From Bacilli bacterium (GTDB taxonomy: Bacteria; Bacillota_I; Bacilli_A; RFN20; CAG-826), in NCBI GenBank assembly GCA_045597865.1, contig JAZLKX010000025.1, positions 320,001 to 384,000 on the forward strand: a stretch of 64,000 bases of DNA, in the 5' to 3' direction. Position numbers and translations under genes: made by a program. The notes under the pieces are model-generated. The model searched no databases, was not told where the DNA came from, and saw only the letters and a program-made list of their open reading frames with translations. Shown here piece after piece: positions 20,454 to 30,914 of this stretch (the first letter of the stretch is position 1; every line of letters begins with the position of its first letter).

Positions 20454-21026
20454 TTAAAGAATTTGTGATATTTTTGCTTTAATTTCCTCTAAGCCCACTC
20501 CACTTGTGGATGATGCTAAGATGAAATTTTCAATTCCCATTTCATTTTGGATGTGTTTTTTAATCTTAGCTTTTTCGCTTTGATTAAGTTTATCTGCTTT
20601 AGAAGCAACCAAAATAAATGGAATTCCTTTTTCTACGATAAAATCGTAGAAGGCAACGTCGTCACTAGACATTTTATGTCTAGAGTCGACAATGAAGACT
20701 ACACCAGCAAGTGAAGGATTATCGAAGTAAGTCTCCATCATTTTGGAGAAATTATCGAGATGTTTACTTCCACTTGCTGTGTAACCATATCCTGGTGCAT
20801 CAACTAAATAAAACTTTTCATCGATTTCAAAGTAATTTAATAACTTTGTATAACCTGGTTTTGAAGATGTAAATGCCATCTTCTTATTTTTTACTAAAGC
20901 ATTGATTAAAGAACTCTTACCAACATTTGATTTACCAACGAAGACAACTTCTTTTAAGGATTTGTCCGGTCTATCGCTAAAGGTAGGAGCAGATTTAACA
21001 AATTTTACTTTAGAAAAATTAATCAT
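20454..21026 (-). CDS. engB: Ribosome biogenesis GTPase YihA/YsxC
   Basis: GKSNVGKSS, PGYT, DAPGYG, KADK; follows lon. Confidence 0.95.
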   Translation of the reverse strand: MINFSKVKFVKSAPTFSDRPDKSLKEVVFVGKSNVGKSSLINALVKNKKMAFTSSKPGYTKLLNYFEIDEKFYLVDAPGYGYTASGSKHLDNFSKMMETYFDNPSLAGVVFIVDSRHKMSSDDVAFYDFIVEKGIPFILVASKADKLNQSEKAKIKKHIQNEMGIENFILASSTSGVGLEEIKAKISQIL

Positions 21027-21027
21027 T

Positions 21028-23346
21028 TTATTTAACTAATGCTACCTTTAATGCATCATCTACACTCTTCATATAAATGATGTTTAAATTATCCTTAACT
21101 TCCTTTGGAAGTTCATCAACAGCTTTTTTGTTCTCTTTTGGAACAACAATAGTTTTGATTCCACTTCTTAAAGCTGCGAGTGATTTTTCACGCAAACCAC
21201 CGATTGGAAGTGCGTGTCCGCGAAGTGTTACTTCACCTGTCATTGCAACCTCATTGCTTACTGGAGATTTAGTAAAGCTTGAGATAATGGCAGTTGTAAT
21301 TGCAACACCAGCACTTGGTCCATCTTTTGGAACTGCACCTTCTGGAACGTGAATGTGAAGGTCATTTTTCTCGAAAAGTTTTGGATCAATTTTGTATTTT
21401 GAAGCATTTGATTTTACGTAAGAATATGCAATAGTTGCAGACTCTTTCATAACATCTCCTAACTTACCAGTTAGGATTAAACCACCCTTACCTGGGAAGT
21501 AGTTAACTTCAATTGGAAGAATATCGCCACCAAATTCAGTGTATGCTAAACCTGTAACTACACCAACTTGGCCCTTTTCTTCTTTCTTTGTGTTTTCAAA
21601 AAGAGGAGCACCTAAATACTTTTCAATAAGTTTAGGAGTAACTTCTACTTTTTTGAGCTCTTTGTTTGTTAATAACTCAACCACCGCTTTTCTCATTACT
21701 GAGGCAATTTTACGTTCAAGTTCACGTACACCAGCTTCGCGTGTGTACTTGCGAATTAAATGTAAATAAGCATCTTCACTAAATGAAATTTGACGTGATT
21801 TTAAGCCGTTTGCAGCAAGTTGTTTCTTAAATAAGAAACCTTTTGCAATTTTAAGCTTTTCAATTTCAGTATAAGAATTAACTTCAATAAGTTCTAGTCT
21901 ATCACGAAGAGGGGCTGGAATATTTTCCAAATAGTTGGCAGTACAAATAAACAAAACATTGCTTAAGTCATAAGGCTCTTCAAGATAATTATCATTGAAA
22001 GCAAAGTTTTGTTCTGGATCAAGCACTTCGAGAAGTGCTGATGCAGGATCTCCTTTGTATGATGAAGCGAGTTTATCAACTTCATCTAAAAGGAAAACTG
22101 GATTTGTAACGCCAACGCGTTTCATGCCTGAAATAATACGGCCAGGCATTGAGCCAACGTATGTGCGTCTATGTCCACGAATTTCAGCTTCATCAGAAAT
22201 ACCACCAAGAGAAGCTTTGAAGAATTTTCTTCCAAGTGCTCTAGCGATTGATTTTCCAAGAGAAGTTTTGCCACATCCTGGTGGACCATAGAAACAAAGA
22301 ATTGGAGCCTTTAAATTGCCAGTCATTTTCTTGACTGCTAAGTACTCTACAATACGTTTTTTAACATCAGTAAGACCATAATGGTCTTCATCTAATATTT
22401 TCTTAACGTTTTCAAGGTCTTCATTATCTTGAGTTTCTTCAAACCATGGAACATCCATTAATGTTTGAATGTAGCTCATAATAAGTGAAGATTCTAGTGA
22501 TGCTTGTGGCATCATTGAATAACGTTTAAGTTCTGTTTTGACCTTGGCTTTAACATGATCTGGATAAGGATGTTCTTCAAGACGTTTTTTGATGTTTTCT
22601 TCATCACTTGTTCCGTCTGGATCATCACCTAGTTCTTTTTTAATAGCGCGAAGTTTTTCTCTAAGAATGTAATCGCGTTGTTGTTTTTCAGTTTGTTCTG
22701 AAACATCTTTACTGATGTCTTTATCAATTTCTGCTTCCTTTTTAACTTCGTTAATAGCAAGTAATGTGAGCTCTAAACGTTTCTCTAAATCGAGTTCATT
22801 TAAAATTCTCATTCTGCCTTCATCAGTTAAAGGAATGTAAGGTGCTAAAATGTCAGGAAGAATGGTTGGTTCTACACCTTTTGTAGTAATGTCTGCAAAA
22901 AGTGTTCTTGGAACTACATTGCTAACTTCTGGAGTTGCAACTAAAGCTGAAATAATGTTTTTGCAATAAGCAACAACACGCTTTTCGTCTTTAACTACAT
23001 CTTCGATTGTTTCAGCATCTGCAACGAAATGACCAGAGGCATCAAATGAAACATTGTTAATTTTCACACGTTTTGTACCAGTAATGTGAATTTTGACGTA
23101 TGTCTTCATGTTTGAATATGAAGTAATACGGCACAAAGTGCCGACTTCACACACATCTTTTTGTGATGGCACTTCAATAGAAGCATCTTTTTGAGCCACA
23201 ACTAAAAGGAGGGATGAGTTGAGGTCTCTGCTTGCATCGATTGCTTTAATAGAAAAGTCTCTACCAGCATCAATTTGTACATTTTTCTGTTCTGGGAAAA
23301 TAACAAATGTTTTTGTGATAAGTAATGGTAAAGTCATCTTTGCCAT
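21028..23346 (-). CDS. lon: Lon protease
   Basis: GPPGCGKTS, RGHRRTYVG, PKDGPSAG catalytic Ser. Confidence 0.98.
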   Translation of the reverse strand: MAKMTLPLLITKTFVIFPEQKNVQIDAGRDFSIKAIDASRDLNSSLLLVVAQKDASIEVPSQKDVCEVGTLCRITSYSNMKTYVKIHITGTKRVKINNVSFDASGHFVADAETIEDVVKDEKRVVAYCKNIISALVATPEVSNVVPRTLFADITTKGVEPTILPDILAPYIPLTDEGRMRILNELDLEKRLELTLLAINEVKKEAEIDKDISKDVSEQTEKQQRDYILREKLRAIKKELGDDPDGTSDEENIKKRLEEHPYPDHVKAKVKTELKRYSMMPQASLESSLIMSYIQTLMDVPWFEETQDNEDLENVKKILDEDHYGLTDVKKRIVEYLAVKKMTGNLKAPILCFYGPPGCGKTSLGKSIARALGRKFFKASLGGISDEAEIRGHRRTYVGSMPGRIISGMKRVGVTNPVFLLDEVDKLASSYKGDPASALLEVLDPEQNFAFNDNYLEEPYDLSNVLFICTANYLENIPAPLRDRLELIEVNSYTEIEKLKIAKGFLFKKQLAANGLKSRQISFSEDAYLHLIRKYTREAGVRELERKIASVMRKAVVELLTNKELKKVEVTPKLIEKYLGAPLFENTKKEEKGQVGVVTGLAYTEFGGDILPIEVNYFPGKGGLILTGKLGDVMKESATIAYSYVKSNASKYKIDPKLFEKNDLHIHVPEGAVPKDGPSAGVAITTAIISSFTKSPVSNEVAMTGEVTLRGHALPIGGLREKSLAALRSGIKTIVVPKENKKAVDELPKEVKDNLNIIYMKSVDDALKVALVK

Positions 23347-23378
23347 AAATATCCTCCTTTCTAATTAAATAAATTTAA

Positions 23379-24656
23379 TTAAGCAATATTTTCTTTGACT
23401 AAGAAGTCTTGAATCTTGCGTTGACGGAGTTCAGCTTTAAATCTGTTCATGTCTGCGCCAAGAATTTCTTTGACTTTGTCAACTGGCATCTTATAGGTGT
23501 CAGCGATTGATTGCATTTCTTTTTCAACGTCAGCATCGCTAACTGTAAGTTTTTCGGCATTGGCAATTGCTTCCATACATAAAATTGTACGAACGTTCTT
23601 GTCTGCTTCGACTTTCATGCTCTTTTCGACGTCTTCTGGTTTTTGACCAGTGATTTGATAGTATTGTTCAAGTGTTAAACCACGTTGTTCAATTTGTTGT
23701 TGCATGTTTTTCTTCATGCCTTCAACTTCATCTAAAAGAATTTCATCTGCAATTTCAATCTTTGCATCTTTAACGATTGCATCTAAGACTTTGTTTAATG
23801 CATCATTTTGTGCTTTAGCTTCTTTAGAAGCTTTGATTTGTTTTTCTTCATAAGCTTTTAAGCCAGCTTCATCTTTAACATCTGGAATATTAAGTTCTTT
23901 GATGAGGTCAGCATCAAGTTTTGGAGTAACTTTTTCCTTAACTTCGTGGACAACACATTTAAATAATGCTTTCTTGCCTGCGAGTTCTGGAACATATTGT
24001 TCTGGGAATGTAACGTTAACATCGACGTTTTCTCCTGCTTTGTGACCAACTAATTGATCTTCAAAGCCTGGAACAAATGAATTTGAACCTAATTCTAACG
24101 AATAGTTATCAGCTTTTCCGCCATCAAATTCTTTGCCATCAACTGAACCAACAAAGTCAATAACGACTGTGTCGCCTTTTGCTGCTGGACCTTCTTTGAC
24201 TGCGAGTGAAGCTTGTTGAGCAACGAGTTTATCAATTGCTTCTTTAACTTCTTCTTCGGTTACCTTAACAGCATCTTTTTTGATTGCTAAGCCTTTGTAA
24301 TTTCCGAGCTTAACTTCTGGTGCTAAGATAATGATGAACTTCAATTGAAGTTCTGAGTCTGAAACTTTAGTAACATCAACACTTGGTCTGGCAAATGGTT
24401 GAAGTTTTTCTTCTTTCAAGACTTCGTCGAATGCTGGTTGAAGCATGGAATTAATTGCTTCATTAAAAATTGAACCAGTGTCGATGTGTTTACGTGCCAT
24501 TGCTTCTGGAACGGAACCTTTACGGAATCCTTTGAGTTCAAGATTTTTTGCTAACTTTTTGAAAGCTTTTTCTTGAGCTGCTTTCCAATCTGCAGTTTCG
24601 ACGTCACAAATGACTTCGACTTTTGAATTTTCAAGTTTGTTTACAACTCTTTTCAT
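23379..24656 (-). CDS. tig: Trigger factor
   Basis: GFRKGSVP ribosome-binding loop; FKBP domain FVPGFEDQLVG. Confidence 0.97.
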   Translation of the reverse strand: MKRVVNKLENSKVEVICDVETADWKAAQEKAFKKLAKNLELKGFRKGSVPEAMARKHIDTGSIFNEAINSMLQPAFDEVLKEEKLQPFARPSVDVTKVSDSELQLKFIIILAPEVKLGNYKGLAIKKDAVKVTEEEVKEAIDKLVAQQASLAVKEGPAAKGDTVVIDFVGSVDGKEFDGGKADNYSLELGSNSFVPGFEDQLVGHKAGENVDVNVTFPEQYVPELAGKKALFKCVVHEVKEKVTPKLDADLIKELNIPDVKDEAGLKAYEEKQIKASKEAKAQNDALNKVLDAIVKDAKIEIADEILLDEVEGMKKNMQQQIEQRGLTLEQYYQITGQKPEDVEKSMKVEADKNVRTILCMEAIANAEKLTVSDADVEKEMQSIADTYKMPVDKVKEILGADMNRFKAELRQRKIQDFLVKENIA

Positions 24657-24767
24657 AATTTATTTCTAATCTCCTTTAAATTACGTAAGTAAGAGTATAC
24701 AAAAAACTTGTCGCATACGCAACAAGAAAATTGTTATTTAATATTTTTTGTCTATAGACAGTTTATA

Positions 24768-25670
24768 TTAGATTCTAATTTCTGGGGTGGATTCGATTTT
24801 AGCTTTTATTTTATGAGCAAAATTAAGTAATTCTTCATCTAAAGATGAAGTATCTTGTCCAAGGTATTCATTTGCAATTGCAATGAACGCTGAGGCTAAT
24901 TTATCACATCCGTCATAATAAATATCAGATGGATATGTATCAATAATGTAGCAATTAAACAAATGAAGAGCCGTCTCGGTAAGCGAAACATTATTGTTTG
25001 CTTTTGAGACAATTTTTTTACAAACTTCGTTGAATTTAAATGACATAAATGGAGGCTCTAATTTAGATGGGTTTACAGTAATAATTCCTTCAGTACTTCT
25101 AAACTTAATTTCTTGATTAAATTTTTCGTCTAAAAGTAGGATTAAAGCGTATGTTCTAAAATTAGGATTTACATCTTCTCTTAACATGAAAATTTTAAGT
25201 GATTCAATATAAATATTGAGATTGTAATTTTTTAATGAAAAAAGTACTTGAGAAATCTTTGCTTGATCGCTATCTTTTTCTAAGATGTCATAAATCTCAT
25301 CAAGCTCAAATTTTTGTGATGATTTTGGGTGTGATTCTTCTTCAATTCTATCCTTCATTTCTCTCATAAATTCTTCCACTTCTTGAGAGACATAAGGAAG
25401 GTTTTCATAATGTTTTAATGCGATGCGAGCTTCATCAAATAACTTCTTCGATAAAAGTAACTCAAAATGGAGTTTCATTAAACGAAGTTGATATTTACTT
25501 TCAATCAAAGATTGATTCTTTTCAATTTCATCTAATGCTTCATCGCTTTTGCCTAAAATAACAAGGCAAGAAACGCGCATTAAAAGTTCCTTTGGATCTT
25601 TGCTATCTTTTGTAAGGTCCAAAACTAATTGATATTCTTTTTTATTAAATAAAGAATCTAAGTTGTCCAT
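24768..25670 (-). CDS. Hypothetical helical/TPR-like protein
   Basis: 300 aa ORF with its own -10 box; TPR-like N-terminal helices; no recognised catalytic motif. Confidence 0.6.
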   Translation of the reverse strand: MDNLDSLFNKKEYQLVLDLTKDSKDPKELLMRVSCLVILGKSDEALDEIEKNQSLIESKYQLRLMKLHFELLLSKKLFDEARIALKHYENLPYVSQEVEEFMREMKDRIEEESHPKSSQKFELDEIYDILEKDSDQAKISQVLFSLKNYNLNIYIESLKIFMLREDVNPNFRTYALILLLDEKFNQEIKFRSTEGIITVNPSKLEPPFMSFKFNEVCKKIVSKANNNVSLTETALHLFNCYIIDTYPSDIYYDGCDKLASAFIAIANEYLGQDTSSLDEELLNFAHKIKAKIESTPEIRI

Positions 25671-25696
25671 GGGCTAAATTATACACCAAGGCAAAT

Positions 25697-25726
25697 AAAA
25701 AGGAAGAACATTAATGTCCTTCCTCA
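25697..25726 (-). terminator. Intrinsic terminator
   Basis: AGGAAG..CTTCCT stem with an A-run on the + side. Confidence 0.55.
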
Positions 25727-25744
25727 TTTATTTTTCTTTTTTAA

Positions 25745-26863
25745 TTAAATCATTATGTTGTGTTCTTCTGGAGCAACACCAACAATAGTTGCGCTATCAG
25801 AGGAGCTAACAATTTCTAATATAAGAGAAATTATATCTGCTTCAACAAAGGTTGAGAAATCTGGAAATTCTACAGAGCCTGTACCATAGGTAAAAGTTGC
25901 AAATTCTTCCGATGAAATCTTTTCTTTCGATTCGATTTTACCGTCTTTCTTGCTTTCATTATCAATTGATTCTTTGATATTTATTTTTTGCAAATTACCA
26001 GCGTTTGAAAATAAAACATCACCGGTAATAAGCATATCTTGTTTTATTTCATGGAAACCATAAATGTCTGTATACATGTTTTCAAGACCATCGCCATATT
26101 GAATAAGCATGCCGAGTCCATTGCCATCATAATCATAAACTGCAACTGGAGATGTTTGACCCTCTAATAATTCTTCAACACCTTCGGTAATTTCTTCTTT
26201 TAATTCTAGGAACATTTCATCAGTAACTGTTGGAATGTATTGCTCATCATCGATACCAAAAGTAGAAACTAAATCGACAAGTTTAACTTTGTTAAATAAT
26301 GGAGTTACAGCTAAATAAACTGCTTCTAAGTTTGATGCTGGAACTACATAATCAATAATGCTATTTGCAAGATTTTCAAAAGCGTCATTAGAAAAATCAG
26401 CATAAACAATTGCATTATCTAAATAAATTCCAAATGAGACGTCTGTAGCTTTGAAAATTTTCTTTGCTTCTGGGATTTCTTCATTAATAACCACTTGTCC
26501 ATTAAATTTGGAAACTTCAATAGCAATTTCCCAGTCACTAAGCTTACTTTGAAGATTGTTAGCCTTAAGGCTATAATCAAAGCCTAAATCAATACCTTTT
26601 ACTGTTGTTTCTTCAATAACAAGGGAGAATTGATCTACTTTAAACGAACCTTCAATTTCAAAACCAGTTAATGCAGATTGATAGGTAATTTTAATGTCAT
26701 CTGCTAATTTTTCACCAGCTTTTTTAGCTTGGTCAGGATCTTTTAAATCAATCTCTGTTCCGCCTGCTGGAAGACCATCGTTTGGAGCTGGTTCCTCAGC
26801 TGGTTCTCCACAGCCTGTAAGAAGTAGACCTGCGAGAGGTAAAAGTAATAAATGTTTTTTCAT
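25745..26863 (-). CDS. Acidic lipoprotein of unknown function
   Basis: MKKHLLLLPLAGLLLTG-C lipobox. Confidence 0.75.
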   Translation of the reverse strand: MKKHLLLLPLAGLLLTGCGEPAEEPAPNDGLPAGGTEIDLKDPDQAKKAGEKLADDIKITYQSALTGFEIEGSFKVDQFSLVIEETTVKGIDLGFDYSLKANNLQSKLSDWEIAIEVSKFNGQVVINEEIPEAKKIFKATDVSFGIYLDNAIVYADFSNDAFENLANSIIDYVVPASNLEAVYLAVTPLFNKVKLVDLVSTFGIDDEQYIPTVTDEMFLELKEEITEGVEELLEGQTSPVAVYDYDGNGLGMLIQYGDGLENMYTDIYGFHEIKQDMLITGDVLFSNAGNLQKINIKESIDNESKKDGKIESKEKISSEEFATFTYGTGSVEFPDFSTFVEADIISLILEIVSSSDSATIVGVAPEEHNIMI

Positions 26864-26904
26864 ATTTTTCTTCTTTCTATATTTATATTAAATATATTTT
26901 CAAA

Positions 26905-27750
26905 TTAAATCAATACTAAAGCAAAACCAAGCATAAGACCAAAAAGAATCATAAATGCAGGCAATTTACTCTTCCACATAAGAATTGACTCTGGGAGCAA
27001 TTCACCAAAAACAACGTAAAGCATAGCGCCACTAGCTAAAGCTAAGCTAACAGATAAACCAACTTCGTTAATTCCACCAACTGCGAAACCGATAATTGCA
27101 CCTATGACAGTTGGAAGACCTGATAAAGCGGTATAAACTGCAGCTTTCCATTTCTTGGTTCCACCTGAAACTAAAGGAACAGAAACAGCCATTCCTTCAG
27201 GAATATTGTGTAAACCAATAACAATAGCAATAAGAATTCCTGAACCGCCTAAAATAACAGTTGGATCTTTAGCATAAGTTGCGCCAATAACCATACCTTC
27301 AGGTAGGTTATGAAGAGCAATAACAATAGCCATAACTAATCCAGCCATAAATAAACGATTATCGCTTCTTTTGTGGTGCTCAAGGTGATCAGCGTGAATA
27401 ATTTCTCCTAAATCATCGTGTACATCAGGATGATCCTCTGACGTATGAGGAACCTCTTTTTTAAGACGAACATCAATTAACTTATTAATTCCAAACACAA
27501 TTAAATAACCTGCTACTGTGCAGCCAATAACTAAAGCAATGAAACCAGTATTATCTGAATGAGGTTGAATTGCTTCATGAAGCAAATCAAAACATACAAC
27601 TGCAAGCATTACACCACCAGCAAAAGCTAAAAGTAAAGATACGACTTTCTTGGAATCTCTTTTAGTTAGAACTCCAATCAAACCACCGATACCAGTGCCA
27701 ACAACACCAGCGATGAATGTTACTAATACAATCCAGCCTATGTTTTCCAT
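26905..27750 (-). CDS. ZIP family (ZupT/GufA-like) metal transporter
   Basis: LHNLPEG and LHNIPEG motifs, His-rich loop, FAGGVML. Confidence 0.92.
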   Translation of the reverse strand: MENIGWIVLVTFIAGVVGTGIGGLIGVLTKRDSKKVVSLLLAFAGGVMLAVVCFDLLHEAIQPHSDNTGFIALVIGCTVAGYLIVFGINKLIDVRLKKEVPHTSEDHPDVHDDLGEIIHADHLEHHKRSDNRLFMAGLVMAIVIALHNLPEGMVIGATYAKDPTVILGGSGILIAIVIGLHNIPEGMAVSVPLVSGGTKKWKAAVYTALSGLPTVIGAIIGFAVGGINEVGLSVSLALASGAMLYVVFGELLPESILMWKSKLPAFMILFGLMLGFALVLI

Positions 27751-27791
27751 AACAACATTATTATAAATAAAAGCAAAAATTATTCAAGTAA

Positions 27792-27813
27792 AAATTAACT
27801 TCGGTTAACTTTT
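27792..27813. promoter_or_regulatory. Putative DtxR/MntR/SloR-type operator
   Basis: AAATTAAC-TTCG-GTTAACTTTT palindrome between the divergent ZIP and regulator genes. Confidence 0.65.
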
Positions 27814-27851
27814 TTATTGTTTTTTCTGATTGTTTGAGTAAAAATTGAATT

Positions 27852-28214
27852 ATGAAACTTTCGCAATCATTTGAAGACTATTTGGAAGCAATTTACGTTT
27901 TAGAGATTTCAAAGCAGAAAATTAAATCTGTAACAATTTCCAAAATGTTAGACGTTTCAAAGCCTGCAGTTACAAAGGCTATGAACGAGCTTTTTGATGC
28001 GAAATATATAGAAAAAACCCCATATTCCCCTATTAAATTAACAAAATCTGGTCGTGAAATTGCCAAAAATGTTTACCACAGACACACAGTCATACGTGAT
28101 TTTTTAATTAACACATTAGGCGTAAATAGCAACGTTGCTGAAAAAGATTGTTGCATGATTGAACATGTCATTTCTCCCGAAACCCTAAGGGCCATGGAAA
28201 ATATAAATAAGTAA
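27852..28214 (+). CDS. DtxR/MntR family metal-dependent regulator (short form)
   Basis: EDYLEAIY, VSKPAVT HTH, HRH..FL..LGV..AEKDCCMIEH. Confidence 0.92.
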   Translation: MKLSQSFEDYLEAIYVLEISKQKIKSVTISKMLDVSKPAVTKAMNELFDAKYIEKTPYSPIKLTKSGREIAKNVYHRHTVIRDFLINTLGVNSNVAEKDCCMIEHVISPETLRAMENINK

Positions 28215-28217
28215 ATT

Positions 28218-28243
28218 AAAGGGACCTTTAGGTCCCTATTTTT
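28218..28243. terminator. Bidirectional terminator
   Basis: AGGGACC-TTTA-GGTCCCT between convergent genes. Confidence 0.75.
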
Positions 28244-29151
28244 TATTCAGCTTTCTTAGCTTTCTTTTCTTTTAGCATCATAATTCCGTTATTCAAGGCA
28301 TTCAAGAACGGAATTAATAAGCAAACACCATACATCAAAATTGCATCAATTGGGAACTTAACAAGTCTTTCGAATTGTTGGACTGGAGATAATGGATTAA
28401 GTATTAATGGATAATTATCTTTTGATACGCAAACCATATAGATAAGAGTTGCTAATGAAAATAAGAATGCAATTGATGAAAGAATAAATGTAACTTTACG
28501 GTTTCTTAAGAAATCTTCGTGAATAATGTAAGTTGCAATTATTAATGTTGGAATTAAAAGTTGGAACAAATATGGAAGAACATAAACACTGTCATATGAA
28601 CTCCAATAGAATGGAATGAGCATAAATGCTCCAAGTCTATTTAATGCATAAACTGCAAGAAGAGATAAACCAGCTTCTCTTAAGCCATATGCAAATGTTC
28701 CTTTATATGTTTTTTCAATATTCTCAGCTTTAACTTTGTTAGTAATTGTAATGATTAAATAAATGCAACCAGCAATCATTAATGAGAAAACAATTAACGA
28801 AATTAATGGATAACATTTAAAAATGTAATCACCAATAAATGTGTGGTAAATTCCGAGACCAACAAATAATGACATGCCAAAGCCTACTGCGGACATTACT
28901 AAAAGTACAATGGCATAGTAGCGCACATAATAAAGATCTGGTTCTTTTTTCTTGAAATAACGATAACCAGCAACTAAAGCAATCATTAGATTAATGAAAA
29001 TTAACAACATTGGAATTCCAGCTAATGAAACAATATCAAGTGCTTCATAGTTTGAAACTACCATAAATAAACAGTTTATTGCATAAAATGCAATGAAGGA
29101 AAACATAAAGATTCCTAAAGCAAGTAAAGCGGTTTTAATTGGTTTTTTCAT
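28243..29151 (-). CDS. Polytopic membrane protein of unknown function
   Basis: About 8 hydrophobic segments; 2 nt downstream of the phosphoesterase stop. Confidence 0.7.
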   Translation of the reverse strand: MKKPIKTALLALGIFMFSFIAFYAINCLFMVVSNYEALDIVSLAGIPMLLIFINLMIALVAGYRYFKKKEPDLYYVRYYAIVLLVMSAVGFGMSLFVGLGIYHTFIGDYIFKCYPLISLIVFSLMIAGCIYLIITITNKVKAENIEKTYKGTFAYGLREAGLSLLAVYALNRLGAFMLIPFYWSSYDSVYVLPYLFQLLIPTLIIATYIIHEDFLRNRKVTFILSSIAFLFSLATLIYMVCVSKDNYPLILNPLSPVQQFERLVKFPIDAILMYGVCLLIPFLNALNNGIMMLKEKKAKKAE

Positions 29152-29153
29152 AA

Positions 29154-30212
29154 TTATTTGGCCTCCGCTTCTTCGTAAGAATGTTTAATATTCTCAAATT
29201 TTAATTTAGTTGGATCATTGTGATCTATTGAAATTACTTGTCCACCTAATTTTTCTTTATCATAGTAAATTCTATCTGTTGAGTGAACACCATAACAAAG
29301 AGCAATATCATCATAGATGATAACAGCATCGTTAATATGGTCGTGAGCTACTGAAATAGCACGTGTAGAACCAAGTTCTTTTATCTTATCAAATAAGTGT
29401 TTATCTGATTCTGGAGTAGGTCCACCATACTCGCCAATCGATGCTGTTGGATCAAAACCTTCAGGAACATGGCAATGATGAATGTTCTCGCTTGTTCCGT
29501 CCATTTCGTGCCAAGCTTCTAAGAATTCTGGAAGTGCAATATGGAAATACATTGCTGATGGAACAACGTGCCCTACTTTATTTGTTTCGTAGTTAACCAT
29601 TCTTTCGTACCAATCAATTTGATCTTGTTTAATATAATCGTATTTTAAAGTATCAAAATTATAGTTATGAGATTCTAAACAATAAACTTGGAATAAATCA
29701 TTGTTAACATAGTTATCGCCATCTTTTGTTCTTTCATAAATGTTAATAACAAAATTGCTTCTGCCAGTTACATCATCATCTTGAAGATTAACAAATTTAA
29801 CATATTTGAAGAGGCCTTTAGTGCCTAATAATTCTTGAATGTATGTATCTGAATAATAACCTTGGTCATCATGGTTGCCAAAGGCAAAAGTCCATGGGAT
29901 TTCGTAACTATCAATGAAAGCGAATAATTTTGTTACGATTCCTTTATCGGCATAAGTAAATGAATCACCGTTAAGAACGATAAGATTAGGATTTGCATCC
30001 TTAATTGTCTTATTAATCATCTTAAAATGTCTTTCAATTATGTCACTTTGATTAAGGTGAATATCGCACAATTGAAGAATTCTAAAATCTTCTGATGTGT
30101 TAGCCCATTGTACGCCAACTTGATATTTATCTTCACTATAGTGAACAGTACCTTTACAGGACGTTAAAATACAAGCTAACAATGGAACTGCGAATATTAT
30201 TTTTTTGTTCAT
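29154..30212 (-). CDS. Calcineurin-like metallophosphoesterase lipoprotein (DCR2-like)
   Basis: DIH, NGD, GNHD, FHIALPE and AHDH motifs; LTS-C lipobox. Confidence 0.85.
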   Translation of the reverse strand: MNKKIIFAVPLLACILTSCKGTVHYSEDKYQVGVQWANTSEDFRILQLCDIHLNQSDIIERHFKMINKTIKDANPNLIVLNGDSFTYADKGIVTKLFAFIDSYEIPWTFAFGNHDDQGYYSDTYIQELLGTKGLFKYVKFVNLQDDDVTGRSNFVINIYERTKDGDNYVNNDLFQVYCLESHNYNFDTLKYDYIKQDQIDWYERMVNYETNKVGHVVPSAMYFHIALPEFLEAWHEMDGTSENIHHCHVPEGFDPTASIGEYGGPTPESDKHLFDKIKELGSTRAISVAHDHINDAVIIYDDIALCYGVHSTDRIYYDKEKLGGQVISIDHNDPTKLKFENIKHSYEEAEAK

Positions 30213-30281
30213 ATTTAATTTCCTTAATTTATATTTTAGAAAAATTATCTCTTTTAGTCAAAAAGTATTATACTTTTATGC

Positions 30282-30914
30282 ATGGTCAGAAAAGATATCA
30301 AAGAATTTATTAAAACAATTCCAAGTGATGTAACCCTTGTTGCAGCCACAAAATATGTCGATGTCGATGACATGAATGAACTTTTTAATGTGGGAATAAC
30401 AAATTTCGGAGAGAACCGCACAGATTCCTTCTTAAGAAAGTATTCTTTACTAAATAACCGTGAAATCACATGGCATTTTATCGGCCATCTTCAAAGAAAC
30501 AAGGCTTTAGATGTTATAAATAAGATTGATTTTTTGCACTCTCTCGACTCTCTTAAGCTCGCAAAAGTAATCGAAGACCACTGTGACCATCAACTCAAAT
30601 GTTTCATCGAAGTTTCTATTAACTTAGAGGAAAATAAAAATGGCGTCCCATATTATGAGGTTGAAAACTTCATAAAAGAACTTCAAAAATTCTCAAAGAT
30701 TGAACTTGTTGGATTTATGATGATGGCAGTCAAAGCTAGCAACGAAGAATCTTTAGATTCTCAATTTGCAAAACTTAGAGAATTAAGAGATGAAATTGAA
30801 AAGAAACTAAATATTAAAATCCCATACTTATCAATGGGCATGTCTGATGATTATAAAAGCGCCCTACAAGAAGGCGCTACTCATATTAGATTAGGTAGAA
30901 TTTTATTTGATTAA
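30282..30914 (+). CDS. yggS: PLP homeostasis protein (YggS/PlpHP)
   Basis: LVAATK, FGENR, WHFIGHLQRNK, LSMGMSDDY, GATHIRLG. Confidence 0.95.
   Translation: MVRKDIKEFIKTIPSDVTLVAATKYVDVDDMNELFNVGITNFGENRTDSFLRKYSLLNNREITWHFIGHLQRNKALDVINKIDFLHSLDSLKLAKVIEDHCDHQLKCFIEVSINLEENKNGVPYYEVENFIKELQKFSKIELVGFMMMAVKASNEESLDSQFAKLRELRDEIEKKLNIKIPYLSMGMSDDYKSALQEGATHIRLGRILFD

Noticed and set aside
20291-20482. 63-aa + strand ORF
   Set aside because: Antisense to the valS T-box leader; TTG start and no coding features
21028-24656. Absence of clpX between tig and lon as a novelty
   Set aside because: tig-lon-engB without clpX is an ordinary rearrangement or loss in reduced Bacilli, and the rest of the genome is not visible
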